Shown here piece by piece: positions 1 to 7,795 of a stretch of DNA of 64,000 nucleotides. Every line of letters begins with the position of its first letter. Position 1 is the stretch's first letter. Made by a program: the position numbers and the translations under genes. The notes beneath the pieces were generated by a model. That model worked only from the letters and a program-made list of their open reading frames with translations, searched no databases and was not told the origin of the DNA. The DNA comes from Clostridia bacterium. GTDB taxonomy: Bacteria > Bacillota > Clostridia > Saccharofermentanales > UBA5734. The DNA lies in contig JAXGXR010000002.1 in the NCBI GenBank assembly GCA_040772725.1, positions 411,570 through 475,569 on the forward strand. The letters run 5' to 3'.

Positions 1-239
1 TCGCTGCCAAGGAAGCGGTCGCGAAGGCTTTGGGAACCGGTATTGGAAAAAATGTGCGATGGACTGACATTCGAGTTGCCACGCCAGGTCCATCACAAAG
101 ACCGATTGTCACGCTCGAAGGCGGGGCTGACGCATGGTTTCAAAACCTGACCCATCCGGGCAAAGCCTCGATCAGCGTCAGCATCAGCCACGACGGGGAT
201 CTGGCCATTGCCATGTGCGTCATATCAAGCGACCGATGA
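1..239 (+). CDS. acpS: holo-[acyl-carrier-protein] synthase, C-terminal part (5-prime end lies outside the window)
   Basis: The frame is open to the window edge. The translation AAKEAVAKALGTGIGK...SISVSISHDGDLAIAMCVI matches the conserved C-terminal half of AcpS-type phosphopantetheinyl transferases. Confidence 0.75.
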   Translation, partial: AAKEAVAKALGTGIGKNVRWTDIRVATPGPSQRPIVTLEGGADAWFQNLTHPGKASISVSISHDGDLAIAMCVISSDR

Positions 240-254
240 AAGGAAGAACACCCT

Positions 255-1427
255 TTGCCTGATCTGTTTCAGCAACCCGGGAAAAAAAGACAACGCCAGC
301 GGAGCCAGACTCGTTCGGGCTATCGAAGTCCGCTTGGCAGCAAGACTGTCAATCGGAAGAATGATCAGTGGAATCTGATCAAGAAAGAAATGTACGTGGA
401 ACCGCGGATGAGCCATCTGCCAGCTTGGCTGATCCCCTTGATTTCATTTTTGCTGATTGTCGTATTCATCTTTTTCCTGGGACCTGCGTTGGCAGAACAG
501 ATTTCCGCTATCATCCATCCGACGGTGCCGACCGGAGCAGCCATTCTGGACCAGCTTTATGGAGACCAGACCGCGGTTGTCCGGGTGCCGGTAGCCGATC
601 TGCTTGATCAGGATGATTTGAAGGGCATTCGGGTGGCCCAGGCGCTATACAATGAGCCGGTCCAGAAAACGGGTCAGGCGGCAGAACATGGCTTTACGGC
701 GGTTCGATTGTCAGATGGTACGGAAGGCTTTCTGTTCACGGACCAGCTGACGGATAATCGGGAATCGATCGAGCCGGCCGGGTTTCTTTACAAGATTGTC
801 ATTTCAGCGCCGACTCGGCGTGTCATGTCGCATGCGAGCAAAGGTACTTTGTTGGCTGAAGTCATGATGGGGACGGTCCTGATGTCCGACTATCGCGGAG
901 ACGGTATCTATCGGGTGCGATTGCCGGGTGGCGATCATGGCTGGATCAGCGACGAGGGTACGATCGCGCTTGGTGTTCATGATTCGATTCAACCCGCAAG
1001 AGATGTGACCCGCTATTTTGTCAGCAGCGCCATGGCGTTCAACCGGGTGACAAGGCTGGAGAACGGGATTTCAGTTCGCGGTGCTTCCAGCGCAGGCGTT
1101 GCCTTTGTCGCAGCTCGACTCAATGGCATCGAACTGCCGCGGACACTTTCAGAACAGGCAAAATCAGGAAGACCGGTGTTTCTGGAATGGGATGAGGAGA
1201 CAAACCTGCCCTTGCTTGACAATCTGATCACCGGCGATCTGGTTTTCTTTGCAGGTGAGAATGGCGGTCCGGTCCCTGTCGAGATGGGGATTGTCATGAC
1301 TGATGGACAACTCCTGATGAGCCGGCGTGGCTGGACATCGATCCGTCTGGTGAACCTCGAACAGCATCAGGACCTGCACCGGCAGATATCGACCATCCGG
1401 CGAATCATTATAGAGCCCATGCCATAG
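255..1427 (+). CDS. membrane-anchored SH3b-repeat / NlpC-P60-like protein lacking the catalytic Cys and His
   Basis: 390-aa ORF with AGGAAG about 8 nt upstream of TTG 255 (alternative ATG at 391 or 409). It has a basic N-tail, one TM segment (LPAWLIPLISFLLIVVFIFFLG) and two SH3b-like segments. The C-terminal block GASSAGVAFVAARLNGIELPRT..SGRPV...GDLVFF...VEMGIVM aligns to the NlpC/P60 pattern DCSG..G..LPR...GDLVFF..HVGIY, but with SSAG in place of DCSG and E in place of H. Confidence 0.6.
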   Translation: MPDLFQQPGKKRQRQRSQTRSGYRSPLGSKTVNRKNDQWNLIKKEMYVEPRMSHLPAWLIPLISFLLIVVFIFFLGPALAEQISAIIHPTVPTGAAILDQLYGDQTAVVRVPVADLLDQDDLKGIRVAQALYNEPVQKTGQAAEHGFTAVRLSDGTEGFLFTDQLTDNRESIEPAGFLYKIVISAPTRRVMSHASKGTLLAEVMMGTVLMSDYRGDGIYRVRLPGGDHGWISDEGTIALGVHDSIQPARDVTRYFVSSAMAFNRVTRLENGISVRGASSAGVAFVAARLNGIELPRTLSEQAKSGRPVFLEWDEETNLPLLDNLITGDLVFFAGENGGPVPVEMGIVMTDGQLLMSRRGWTSIRLVNLEQHQDLHRQISTIRRIIIEPMP

Positions 1428-1448
1428 AAGCGAGACACTGGACAAAAT

Positions 1449-1486
1449 AAAACGGACCTTCGGCCGATTGGCAGAAAGTCCGTTTT
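1449..1486. terminator. bidirectional hairpin between convergent genes
   Basis: AAAACGGAC (1449-1457) pairs with GTCCGTTTT (1478-1486). A/T runs on both sides allow termination for the + gene ending at 1427 and for rpmB on the minus strand. Confidence 0.55.
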
Positions 1487-1534
1487 CATATGCAGGCTGT
1501 CAATGAAAACCCTTGTGAGCAAGTGTTTTCCGGG

Positions 1535-1732
1535 TCAGGCCCTCTTGACCGCATTGGAACGGAGGCACCTGGTACAGACGTGCATGGTCTTTGGGGTGCC
1601 GTCAACCACAACCTTGACGTTGCGGACGTTGGCTTTTTGCCGGGTTAACGCTCTTCGGGAAACCTGCGAACGGGTGATGCTGATCTTTCTGCCGAAGAAC
1701 ATATCTTTCTGGCAAACCTCGCACTTGGCCAT
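1535..1732 (-). CDS. rpmB: 50S ribosomal protein L28
   Basis: MAKCEVCQKDMFFGRKISITRSQVSRRALTRQKANVRNVKVVVDGTPKTMHVCTRCLRS is a typical L28 sequence of the expected ~65 aa. The start was moved to the internal Met of the 89-aa ORF. Confidence 0.93.
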   Translation of the reverse strand: MAKCEVCQKDMFFGRKISITRSQVSRRALTRQKANVRNVKVVVDGTPKTMHVCTRCLRSNAVKRA

Positions 1733-1809
1733 CCTGAACACCTCCTGACTTAGTTGCATTAAACGTGCAGACGAAATTGTAACACAGAACCTAAATGAAT
1801 GCAAGCGCT

Positions 1810-2709
1810 TCAGCCGGCCGCCTGATCATGAAGTCCAAGCTTTTCCACGGCTTTTGACGGCTTTCCATGCATCTCATTGAACGACATCAGCCCTTTGGCA
1901 ATGGCGTGGGTCGGACAGACCTCCAGGCACTTGCCGCACTGAGTGCATTTTTCCTGGTCGATCACGGCCAGAGGACCGTCCATCGTGATCGCGCCGTATT
2001 CGCAGACTTTGAAGCATTTCTGGCAGCCGATGCAGCCGATCGTGCAGTTCTTGCGTGTCTGGCCACCTGGCCATTTGTTGCGGCATTTGACAGCATAGGT
2101 GTTCAGCCGTTTCGGAATGATGAAGATCAGATTCTTGGGGCAGACCTTGACACAGATGCCGCAGGCTGTGCAGAGGTCTCGATCGACGTAGGCAATGCCA
2201 TTTTCAACGGTGATCGCGCCATAGGGGCAGGCGACCGCGCAGTCGCCGAAACCGATGCACCCATAAGTGCAGGAGTTCGGTCCGGAGAAGAGGTTGTGGG
2301 CCGCCGAGCAGGTCAAGGTGCCGGAGTAATCGTAGCGTTTTTTCGTATGCTCGATCGTGCCCTGGCACATGACCTGGGCGACCTGGACGGTGAAACCGGG
2401 CGACTCAAGTCCCAGGTAGGAGGCCAGATCGACAGCGGTGTCCGGACCGCCCACCGTGCACTTGGATGCGTCTTTGTCCTGGTCGTCAGCCAACGCGTGC
2501 GCGTATCCGTCGCAGCCGGTGTAGCCGCAGGCGCCGCAGTTGGCGCCTGGCAAGATCGCGCGGACATCGTCGAAACGCTTGTCAACGGGCATGGCGAAAG
2601 CTTTGGCCACAATGACGATCACAATGCCAAGCAGAAGGCTCAATACGGCTGCGATGCCGATCGGCAGCCAGACGTTGGGGGGTGCAGATAATGCAATCAG
2701 CGTATTCAT
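1810..2709 (-). CDS. rnfB: Rnf electron-transport complex subunit B (polyferredoxin)
   Basis: N-terminal TM helix, a CGACGYTGCDGYA cluster motif and several CxxCxxCxxxCP 4Fe-4S motifs. AAGGAG RBS. It is the last gene of the rnfCDGEAB order. Confidence 0.9.
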   Translation of the reverse strand: MNTLIALSAPPNVWLPIGIAAVLSLLLGIVIVIVAKAFAMPVDKRFDDVRAILPGANCGACGYTGCDGYAHALADDQDKDASKCTVGGPDTAVDLASYLGLESPGFTVQVAQVMCQGTIEHTKKRYDYSGTLTCSAAHNLFSGPNSCTYGCIGFGDCAVACPYGAITVENGIAYVDRDLCTACGICVKVCPKNLIFIIPKRLNTYAVKCRNKWPGGQTRKNCTIGCIGCQKCFKVCEYGAITMDGPLAVIDQEKCTQCGKCLEVCPTHAIAKGLMSFNEMHGKPSKAVEKLGLHDQAAG

Positions 2710-2783
2710 TCAATACTCCTTGTCCATATCCTGACGCTTGCGCAGAATCGAAGCCGATTTACGGTTGTTCCATCGAGAACTGC

Positions 2784-3374
2784 TTAAGCGAACAGCCTCT
2801 CGATCAGGCCCTTGAATCCAAAGAATGACAGCGACACGAGAGAAGCCGCGACCAGTGTGATCGGAAGTCCTTTCAGCGCCTTGGGCACTTCAGCGCGATC
2901 AATCCTGCCGCGAACACCGGCAAACAGGAAAAGAGCGAGCATGAAACCCAGTCCGGCGCCCAGGCTGTTGATCATGGACTGCAAGAATGTATAGGATTCA
3001 TTGATGTTCAGCACAGTGACGCCAAGCACCGCGCAGTTGGTGGTGATCAGGGGCAGATAGATTCCGAGCGACCGGTAAAGCGAAGGAATGGATTTTTTCA
3101 GGATCGTTTCGATGATCTGGACCAGGGCGGCGATGACCAGGATGAAAATGACAGTCTGCATGTATCCGAGACCATTGGGCTGGAGCAGAAAGGTGAAAAC
3201 CGGCCAGGTCATGATGGTTGCCAGTTCCATGACCGCGATGACGGCATAGCTCATGCCCATGGCTGTCTTGAGGTTGGTTGAAACGCCGAGGAATGGGCAG
3301 ATGCCAAGAAACTTCGACAAGACAAAATTGTCAACCAGGATCGCGCTGAAAAGAATGATGGCCAGTTCTTTCAT
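2784..3374 (-). CDS. rnfA: Rnf complex subunit A
   Basis: 196-aa polytopic membrane protein. MKELAIILFSAILVDNFVLSKFLGICPFLGVS is a typical RnfA/NqrE N-terminus. Its ATG overlaps the rnfE stop (ATGA). Confidence 0.92.
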   Translation of the reverse strand: MKELAIILFSAILVDNFVLSKFLGICPFLGVSTNLKTAMGMSYAVIAVMELATIMTWPVFTFLLQPNGLGYMQTVIFILVIAALVQIIETILKKSIPSLYRSLGIYLPLITTNCAVLGVTVLNINESYTFLQSMINSLGAGLGFMLALFLFAGVRGRIDRAEVPKALKGLPITLVAASLVSLSFFGFKGLIERLFA

Positions 3375-4126
3375 GCCTGTTTACCCCCTTCCGGCTTGAG
3401 ACCGGCGTTGATCTCACGGTTCAGTCCGCCCAGTGAGCACCCGCCGCAAAGCTGGCAGGCCGGTGTGCCCGGTTCTGCTGTCGAACAGAAATCCCGGTCC
3501 TGTCCGCCGGACTTCTTTTCGAAATAGTCAGATAGCTTCATGGATGCGGCGACCAGAAGGCCGAAGACCAGAAAGCCGCCGGGGGGCATGATCAGGATCA
3601 GCATCGGGTTTTCAGACAGGACAGGCACGGCGTAACCGAGGAATGTGCCGTTGCCGAGGACTTCACGGATGGTGGACATGAGGACCAGGGCGCCAGTGAA
3701 GCCGGCACCCATGCCAAGCGCGTCAAGCAATGACCGGCCAATTCCGTTCTTGCTGGCGAACATCTCGGCACGAGCGAGGATGATGCAGTTGACGGTGATC
3801 AGCGGAATGAATATGCCGAGAGCAGCGTTCAGATCAGGCAGGTAGGTCTGCATCAGCAGCTGGACGATGGTGACGAATCCGGCGATAACGGTGATGAAGG
3901 CCGGGATGCGGACTTTATCCGGGATGACTTTGCGTAGCGAGGAAATGACCAGATTGGATCCGATCAGGACAAAAGTGGCGGCCAGGCCCATGCCGATGCC
4001 GTTCTCCACAGATGTAGTGACGGCTAAAGCCGGGCAAGTGCCCAGGATGAGCCTCAGGAGTGGATTTTCCCGGATCAGGCCTTTGGTGAATTCCTTGACG
4101 AGTGGAACCTGCTTCTTGGGCGACAT
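3371..4126 (-). CDS. rnfE: Rnf complex subunit E
   Basis: Polytopic membrane protein with ENPLLRLILGTCPALAVTT and ITVNCIILARAE (RnfE/NqrD signature). GGAGGTG RBS. Confidence 0.9.
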   Translation of the reverse strand: MSPKKQVPLVKEFTKGLIRENPLLRLILGTCPALAVTTSVENGIGMGLAATFVLIGSNLVISSLRKVIPDKVRIPAFITVIAGFVTIVQLLMQTYLPDLNAALGIFIPLITVNCIILARAEMFASKNGIGRSLLDALGMGAGFTGALVLMSTIREVLGNGTFLGYAVPVLSENPMLILIMPPGGFLVFGLLVAASMKLSDYFEKKSGGQDRDFCSTAEPGTPACQLCGGCSLGGLNREINAGLKPEGGKQA

Positions 4127-4127
4127 G

Positions 4128-4706
4128 TCATTTCACCTCCGACGCCAGCATCTGATAGGCGGATACCGCCTGGTTCATGGCTTCATTGACGGCCCTGGAT
4201 GAAATCGTCGCGCCGGCGATCGCATCGATATGCGTCTTGTCCGGCTCATCCGATTTGATTGTGAAAAGCTTATCGGCCGTCTTGCCGATGAACTGGCCAA
4301 AGAAACCCGGGTCCTCGATTTTCTTGCCGAGACCGGGCGTCTCGTCATTGCTCAGGATCTTGAGGTTGGTGATGCTGCCTTCCGGGTCAACAGCCACCAG
4401 CACGGGGACATTGCCGCCGTACCCGCGGCTTTTGGCCTGGATGAGGATGCCGATCGTCTGGCCGTCCTTGATGGCCAGGTTTGCCGAAACGAGTCCGGGG
4501 TACGCAGCCTGGACATCACCAATCTCCATCGGCCTGAATTCAGACGCGTCAGGGAACATGGCCAGCTGGTTGGCTTTGGCCGTCGCGGCTTCCAAAGCCA
4601 GACGAGGCTCGTAGGTGATCTGGTTGGTGAAGGCCAGCAGCGTGCTGGTCACGAGGACAATCAGGCACAGGATGAGCGCCGGCATGAAGCCATTATCCTT
4701 TTGCAC
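4128..4706 (-). CDS. rnfG: Rnf complex subunit G (FMN-binding)
   Basis: One N-terminal TM helix. The DAIAGATISSRAV motif is the covalent-FMN site of RnfG/NqrC. I placed the start at GTG 4706, 8 nt after GGAGGAGG; the ORF track begins at TTG 4724. Confidence 0.88.
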   Translation of the reverse strand: MQKDNGFMPALILCLIVLVTSTLLAFTNQITYEPRLALEAATAKANQLAMFPDASEFRPMEIGDVQAAYPGLVSANLAIKDGQTIGILIQAKSRGYGGNVPVLVAVDPEGSITNLKILSNDETPGLGKKIEDPGFFGQFIGKTADKLFTIKSDEPDKTHIDAIAGATISSRAVNEAMNQAVSAYQMLASEVK

Positions 4707-5667
4707 GAACGACACCTCCTCCAAGCGGAACCGGGTTGGTCCAGCGATCGATATGCGGGGTCAGGATGTTCATCAGCAGAATCGAGAAGGAGACACCTTC
4801 TGTCATGCCGCCATAGGCACGAATCAATGCGGTGATCAGGCCACAGCCCACGGCATAGATGATTTTCCCCTTCATGCTCAAGGGGGATGTGACATAGTCG
4901 GTTGCCATGTATACGGCACCGAGCACGAGGCCGCCGGCCAGGATGTGGATCATCGGGTCATTGCCCAGAATCAGCATCACAATGGCGACGGTACCGATGT
5001 AGACAAGCGGAATGTGGATGCAGATGACCTTGCGGATCAGGAGATAGACGGCTCCGGCCAGAAGGGCCAGGATGGAGACTTCGCCGATGCAGCCGCCCTT
5101 GTTGCCGATGAGCAGCTGGAGGTAGGTGTCCCAGTTGGCTTCAAGCGCACCGGTTTGAAGCTGCAGGAGTGGGGTGGCCGTCGCCACGAGGTCCACATCG
5201 CCACCGGCACTGCCGGTGAAGGGGATGTGGCCATTGGCCGCCACCACCCATTTGGTCATGGCGACCGGGAATGAAAGCATGAGGACGACACGGGCGGCGA
5301 GGGCCGGGTTGACAAAGTTGTTGCCGATGCCGCCGAACATCTGCTTGACGATGACGATGGCGACGAACGACCCGACGAACGGCAGCCAGACTGGTGCGGT
5401 CGGCGGCAGGTTCAAGGCCAGCAGAAGGCCGGTGACTGCCGCGCTCAGGTCGCTGATGGAGTTGTAGCGTTTCATGACCAGGCGGCTCAGGTATTCAAAG
5501 CCGATGGCAGACGCGACCGCGACGAATGTCACGAACAGGACCCGTTCACCGAACAGGTAGATGGATGCCAGCAAGGTCGGCAGCAAGGCGATGATCACGT
5601 CCAGCATGATGCGCTGGCTGGAGGAATTGTCGCGGATATGCGGGGAGGATGATACCTGCAGGCTCAT
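4693..5667 (-). CDS. rnfD: Rnf complex subunit D
   Basis: MSLQVSSSPHIRD start (typical RnfD/NqrB N-terminus) with an AAAGGAGG RBS. It is polytopic and carries a YMATDYVTSP motif. The start overlaps the rnfC stop. Confidence 0.9.
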   Translation of the reverse strand: MSLQVSSSPHIRDNSSSQRIMLDVIIALLPTLLASIYLFGERVLFVTFVAVASAIGFEYLSRLVMKRYNSISDLSAAVTGLLLALNLPPTAPVWLPFVGSFVAIVIVKQMFGGIGNNFVNPALAARVVLMLSFPVAMTKWVVAANGHIPFTGSAGGDVDLVATATPLLQLQTGALEANWDTYLQLLIGNKGGCIGEVSILALLAGAVYLLIRKVICIHIPLVYIGTVAIVMLILGNDPMIHILAGGLVLGAVYMATDYVTSPLSMKGKIIYAVGCGLITALIRAYGGMTEGVSFSILLMNILTPHIDRWTNPVPLGGGVVRAKG

Positions 5668-7004
5668 TTGGCAGCCTCCTTTGCCTTGAAGATTCGGACT
5701 TCCGCCTTGCCGCTGCGGATGCTCTGGACCAGATACCGCTTGGCCGGGCAGACATAGGTGCAACTGCCGCATTCGATGCAGTCATTGACATGGTATTCGA
5801 GAAGGCCATCGATATCCTTGTTCCGCGCCATCGTGTCCAGGACGGTCGGCATCAGGCGCATCGGGCAGACGTTCACACACCGGGCACACCGGATGCACTG
5901 TGTTTCCGGCGGAATCGCGGCGTCTTTCTTGGACAGCACGATAATCGCGTTATTGTGCTTGATGATCGATATGTCGTTCCGGTCCATGGCGACACCCATC
6001 ATCGGGCCGCCCATGATGACCTTTCCGGGCTCTTCATAAGTGCCCCCGACCGCGTCGATGACATCAGGAATCATCGCGCCGACCGGGACATTGAAATTGC
6101 CCACTTTCCGGAGGGCGCTGCCATCCAGCGTAATCCTCTTGCGGACCAGCGGCATGCCGGTCTTCAGGTATTTCTCGATGAACCGCACCGTGCTGACGTT
6201 CAGGACCAGGACACCGACATCATGGGGCAGTCCACCGGACGGAACCGGTGTGCCGGTCAGGATATAGATCAGGGTTTTTTCCGCGCCGGTCGGGAAAATC
6301 GTCGGCAGGCTGGCGATGGTTACATTGTCGGCAGTGCCAGCTTGCCGGTGCTTGTCCAATTCTTTCTGAAGCAGCTCGATGGCCTGAGGCTTGTTGTCCT
6401 CCAAAGCGATGATCGCCCGGGGGATGTCAAGGTACTTGAGAACTGTCAGGACGCCATCGACAATTTCGTCCGGATGTTCCATGCACTGGCGGAAGTCAGC
6501 CGAAATGTAGGGCTCGCATTCCGCCGCGTTGACAATGAGGAGCCTGGGCTCTTTTCCGGGTGGTGGAGACAGCTTGACATGCGTCGGGAAAGCGGCGCCG
6601 CCAAGGCCGACCAGACCTGAGTCACGGATGGCCGCGACAAAACTCTTACGATCCGTGACAACGGGTGGCTTGACTGATTCGTGCCAGGTGTACTGGCCGT
6701 CAGACTCAATCTCGACCACTTCCATGGTCCGCCCGTCGCTGGCCACTTCCTTGCGCACCGACTTGACAACGCCGGAAACACTGGAGTGGATCGGAGCGGA
6801 CATGAACTTTTCGGCCGCGCCGATCAGCTGGCCGACCGCCACCTTGTCGCCGGCTTTGACCAGACAGGTGCACGGTGCGCCAATATGCATGCTCATTGGG
6901 ATCTTGATGGTCTTGAAATCGTCGAGACGGATTGTGGGATTGAAGTGAGTGTTTTTGTTGCCCTTGGGGTGAACCCCGCCGGAGAACCGATTATACCGCG
7001 CCAT
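5664..7004 (-). CDS. rnfC: Rnf complex subunit C (NADH-binding, 2x[4Fe-4S])
   Basis: 446 aa with GLVGLGGAAFPTHVKL and two CxxCxxCxxxCP motifs (CIRCARCVNVCP, CIECGSCTYVCP). GGGAGG RBS. Confidence 0.93.
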   Translation of the reverse strand: MARYNRFSGGVHPKGNKNTHFNPTIRLDDFKTIKIPMSMHIGAPCTCLVKAGDKVAVGQLIGAAEKFMSAPIHSSVSGVVKSVRKEVASDGRTMEVVEIESDGQYTWHESVKPPVVTDRKSFVAAIRDSGLVGLGGAAFPTHVKLSPPPGKEPRLLIVNAAECEPYISADFRQCMEHPDEIVDGVLTVLKYLDIPRAIIALEDNKPQAIELLQKELDKHRQAGTADNVTIASLPTIFPTGAEKTLIYILTGTPVPSGGLPHDVGVLVLNVSTVRFIEKYLKTGMPLVRKRITLDGSALRKVGNFNVPVGAMIPDVIDAVGGTYEEPGKVIMGGPMMGVAMDRNDISIIKHNNAIIVLSKKDAAIPPETQCIRCARCVNVCPMRLMPTVLDTMARNKDIDGLLEYHVNDCIECGSCTYVCPAKRYLVQSIRSGKAEVRIFKAKEAAK

Positions 7005-7282
7005 TTAGCTGAAACCTCCCAATCAGGATCGTTCTTTGCGGATACGCCATCAATTAGTCTAGCACAGGTCATAGAAGCAATACACAGACACGTCGATATG
7101 AAGCACGGACCGGAATCGTTATCAAAAGAAAATTCGTCATAGTGCACAAAATATTATGATTTGAAAAGTATTATACCATATAATCGTATATTGGTTTGAT
7201 TAAAATTGTGGCTAGCCGTACGTTTTTATGTTGATTCATCGATTTGTCGGCTGACCGGCCGGAACCGTTTTCACATCATTTG

Positions 7283-7299
7283 TTTGATAAATATTCAAA
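7283..7299. promoter_or_regulatory. candidate ArsR/SmtB-type operator (TTTGA-N7-TCAAA)
   Basis: TTTGATAAATATTCAAA is an AT-rich inverted repeat in the rnfC/arsR divergent intergenic region. It resembles the TGAACAAATATTCA core recalled for CzrA operators. Confidence 0.3.
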
Positions 7300-7432
7300 T
7301 ATTATGCATGAAATACGAACTTATACCTTTAATATGCCTTGCAAATGAAAATTATGCTGGTCAGAATGTACCCAGAGTTACAAAATAATCGATCAATAGG
7401 CGATAAAATGAATATAACACATGAACACATGA

Positions 7433-7448
7433 TCATATATTCATATGA
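7433..7448. promoter_or_regulatory. candidate ArsR/SmtB-type operator overlapping the RBS of the regulator gene
   Basis: TCATAT-ATTC-ATATGA inverted repeat immediately 5-prime of the GAGGAG RBS of the ArsR-family gene. It is preceded by the direct repeat ACACATGA ACACATGA. Confidence 0.35.
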
Positions 7449-7458
7449 GGAGCGCACT

Positions 7459-7779
7459 ATGAAACAGGAAAAAGATACCAACGGACTCCCAGTTTCAGAT
7501 CAACATCTGGATCAGGTGGCGGATCTGTTCCGTGTTTTCGGTGACCTGACCCGGGTTCGCCTGATAGAAGCCCTGTTCTGCTGTGACCTGTGTGTGCAGG
7601 ACCTGAGCGCAACTCTTGGCCTGAGCCAGTCAGCGGTATCCCATCAGCTTCGGGTACTCCGTCAGGCGCGTCTGGTTCGCGCGCGACGCGAGGGTAAAAG
7701 CATGATTTACTCACTCGATGATGCGCATATAGAAAGCATTTTCCGGTATGCCAAGGAGCATGTCGCGGAATCGGAATGA
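7459..7779 (+). CDS. ArsR/SmtB-family metal-sensing repressor (CzrA-like alpha-5 site)
   Basis: HTH DLSATLGLSQSAVSHQLRVLRQARLV. The C-terminal D-A-H-x10-H-x2-E (DDAHIESIFRYAKEHVAE) fits the alpha-5 Zn/Co site, and a CCDLCV segment lies in helix 3. GAGGAG RBS before ATG 7459. Confidence 0.85.
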   Translation: MKQEKDTNGLPVSDQHLDQVADLFRVFGDLTRVRLIEALFCCDLCVQDLSATLGLSQSAVSHQLRVLRQARLVRARREGKSMIYSLDDAHIESIFRYAKEHVAESE

Positions 7780-7795
7780 CAAGGAGCCATTGATC

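Noticed and set aside
7339-7795. N-terminal extensions suggested by the ORF track. Examples: ArsR from 7339; ATPase from 7748; carB from 35339; azlC from 22911; SDR from 63962; CANSDH from 42121; the ferredoxin-like gene from 12149; bioY from 18246; the DsrE-like gene from 18839; and the oxidoreductase from 19810.
   Set aside because: In each case an internal ATG/GTG/TTG is preceded at 5-10 nt by a strong GGAGG-type RBS and coincides with the conserved N-terminus of the family. The upstream extension is unconserved-looking and often overlaps the neighbouring gene.
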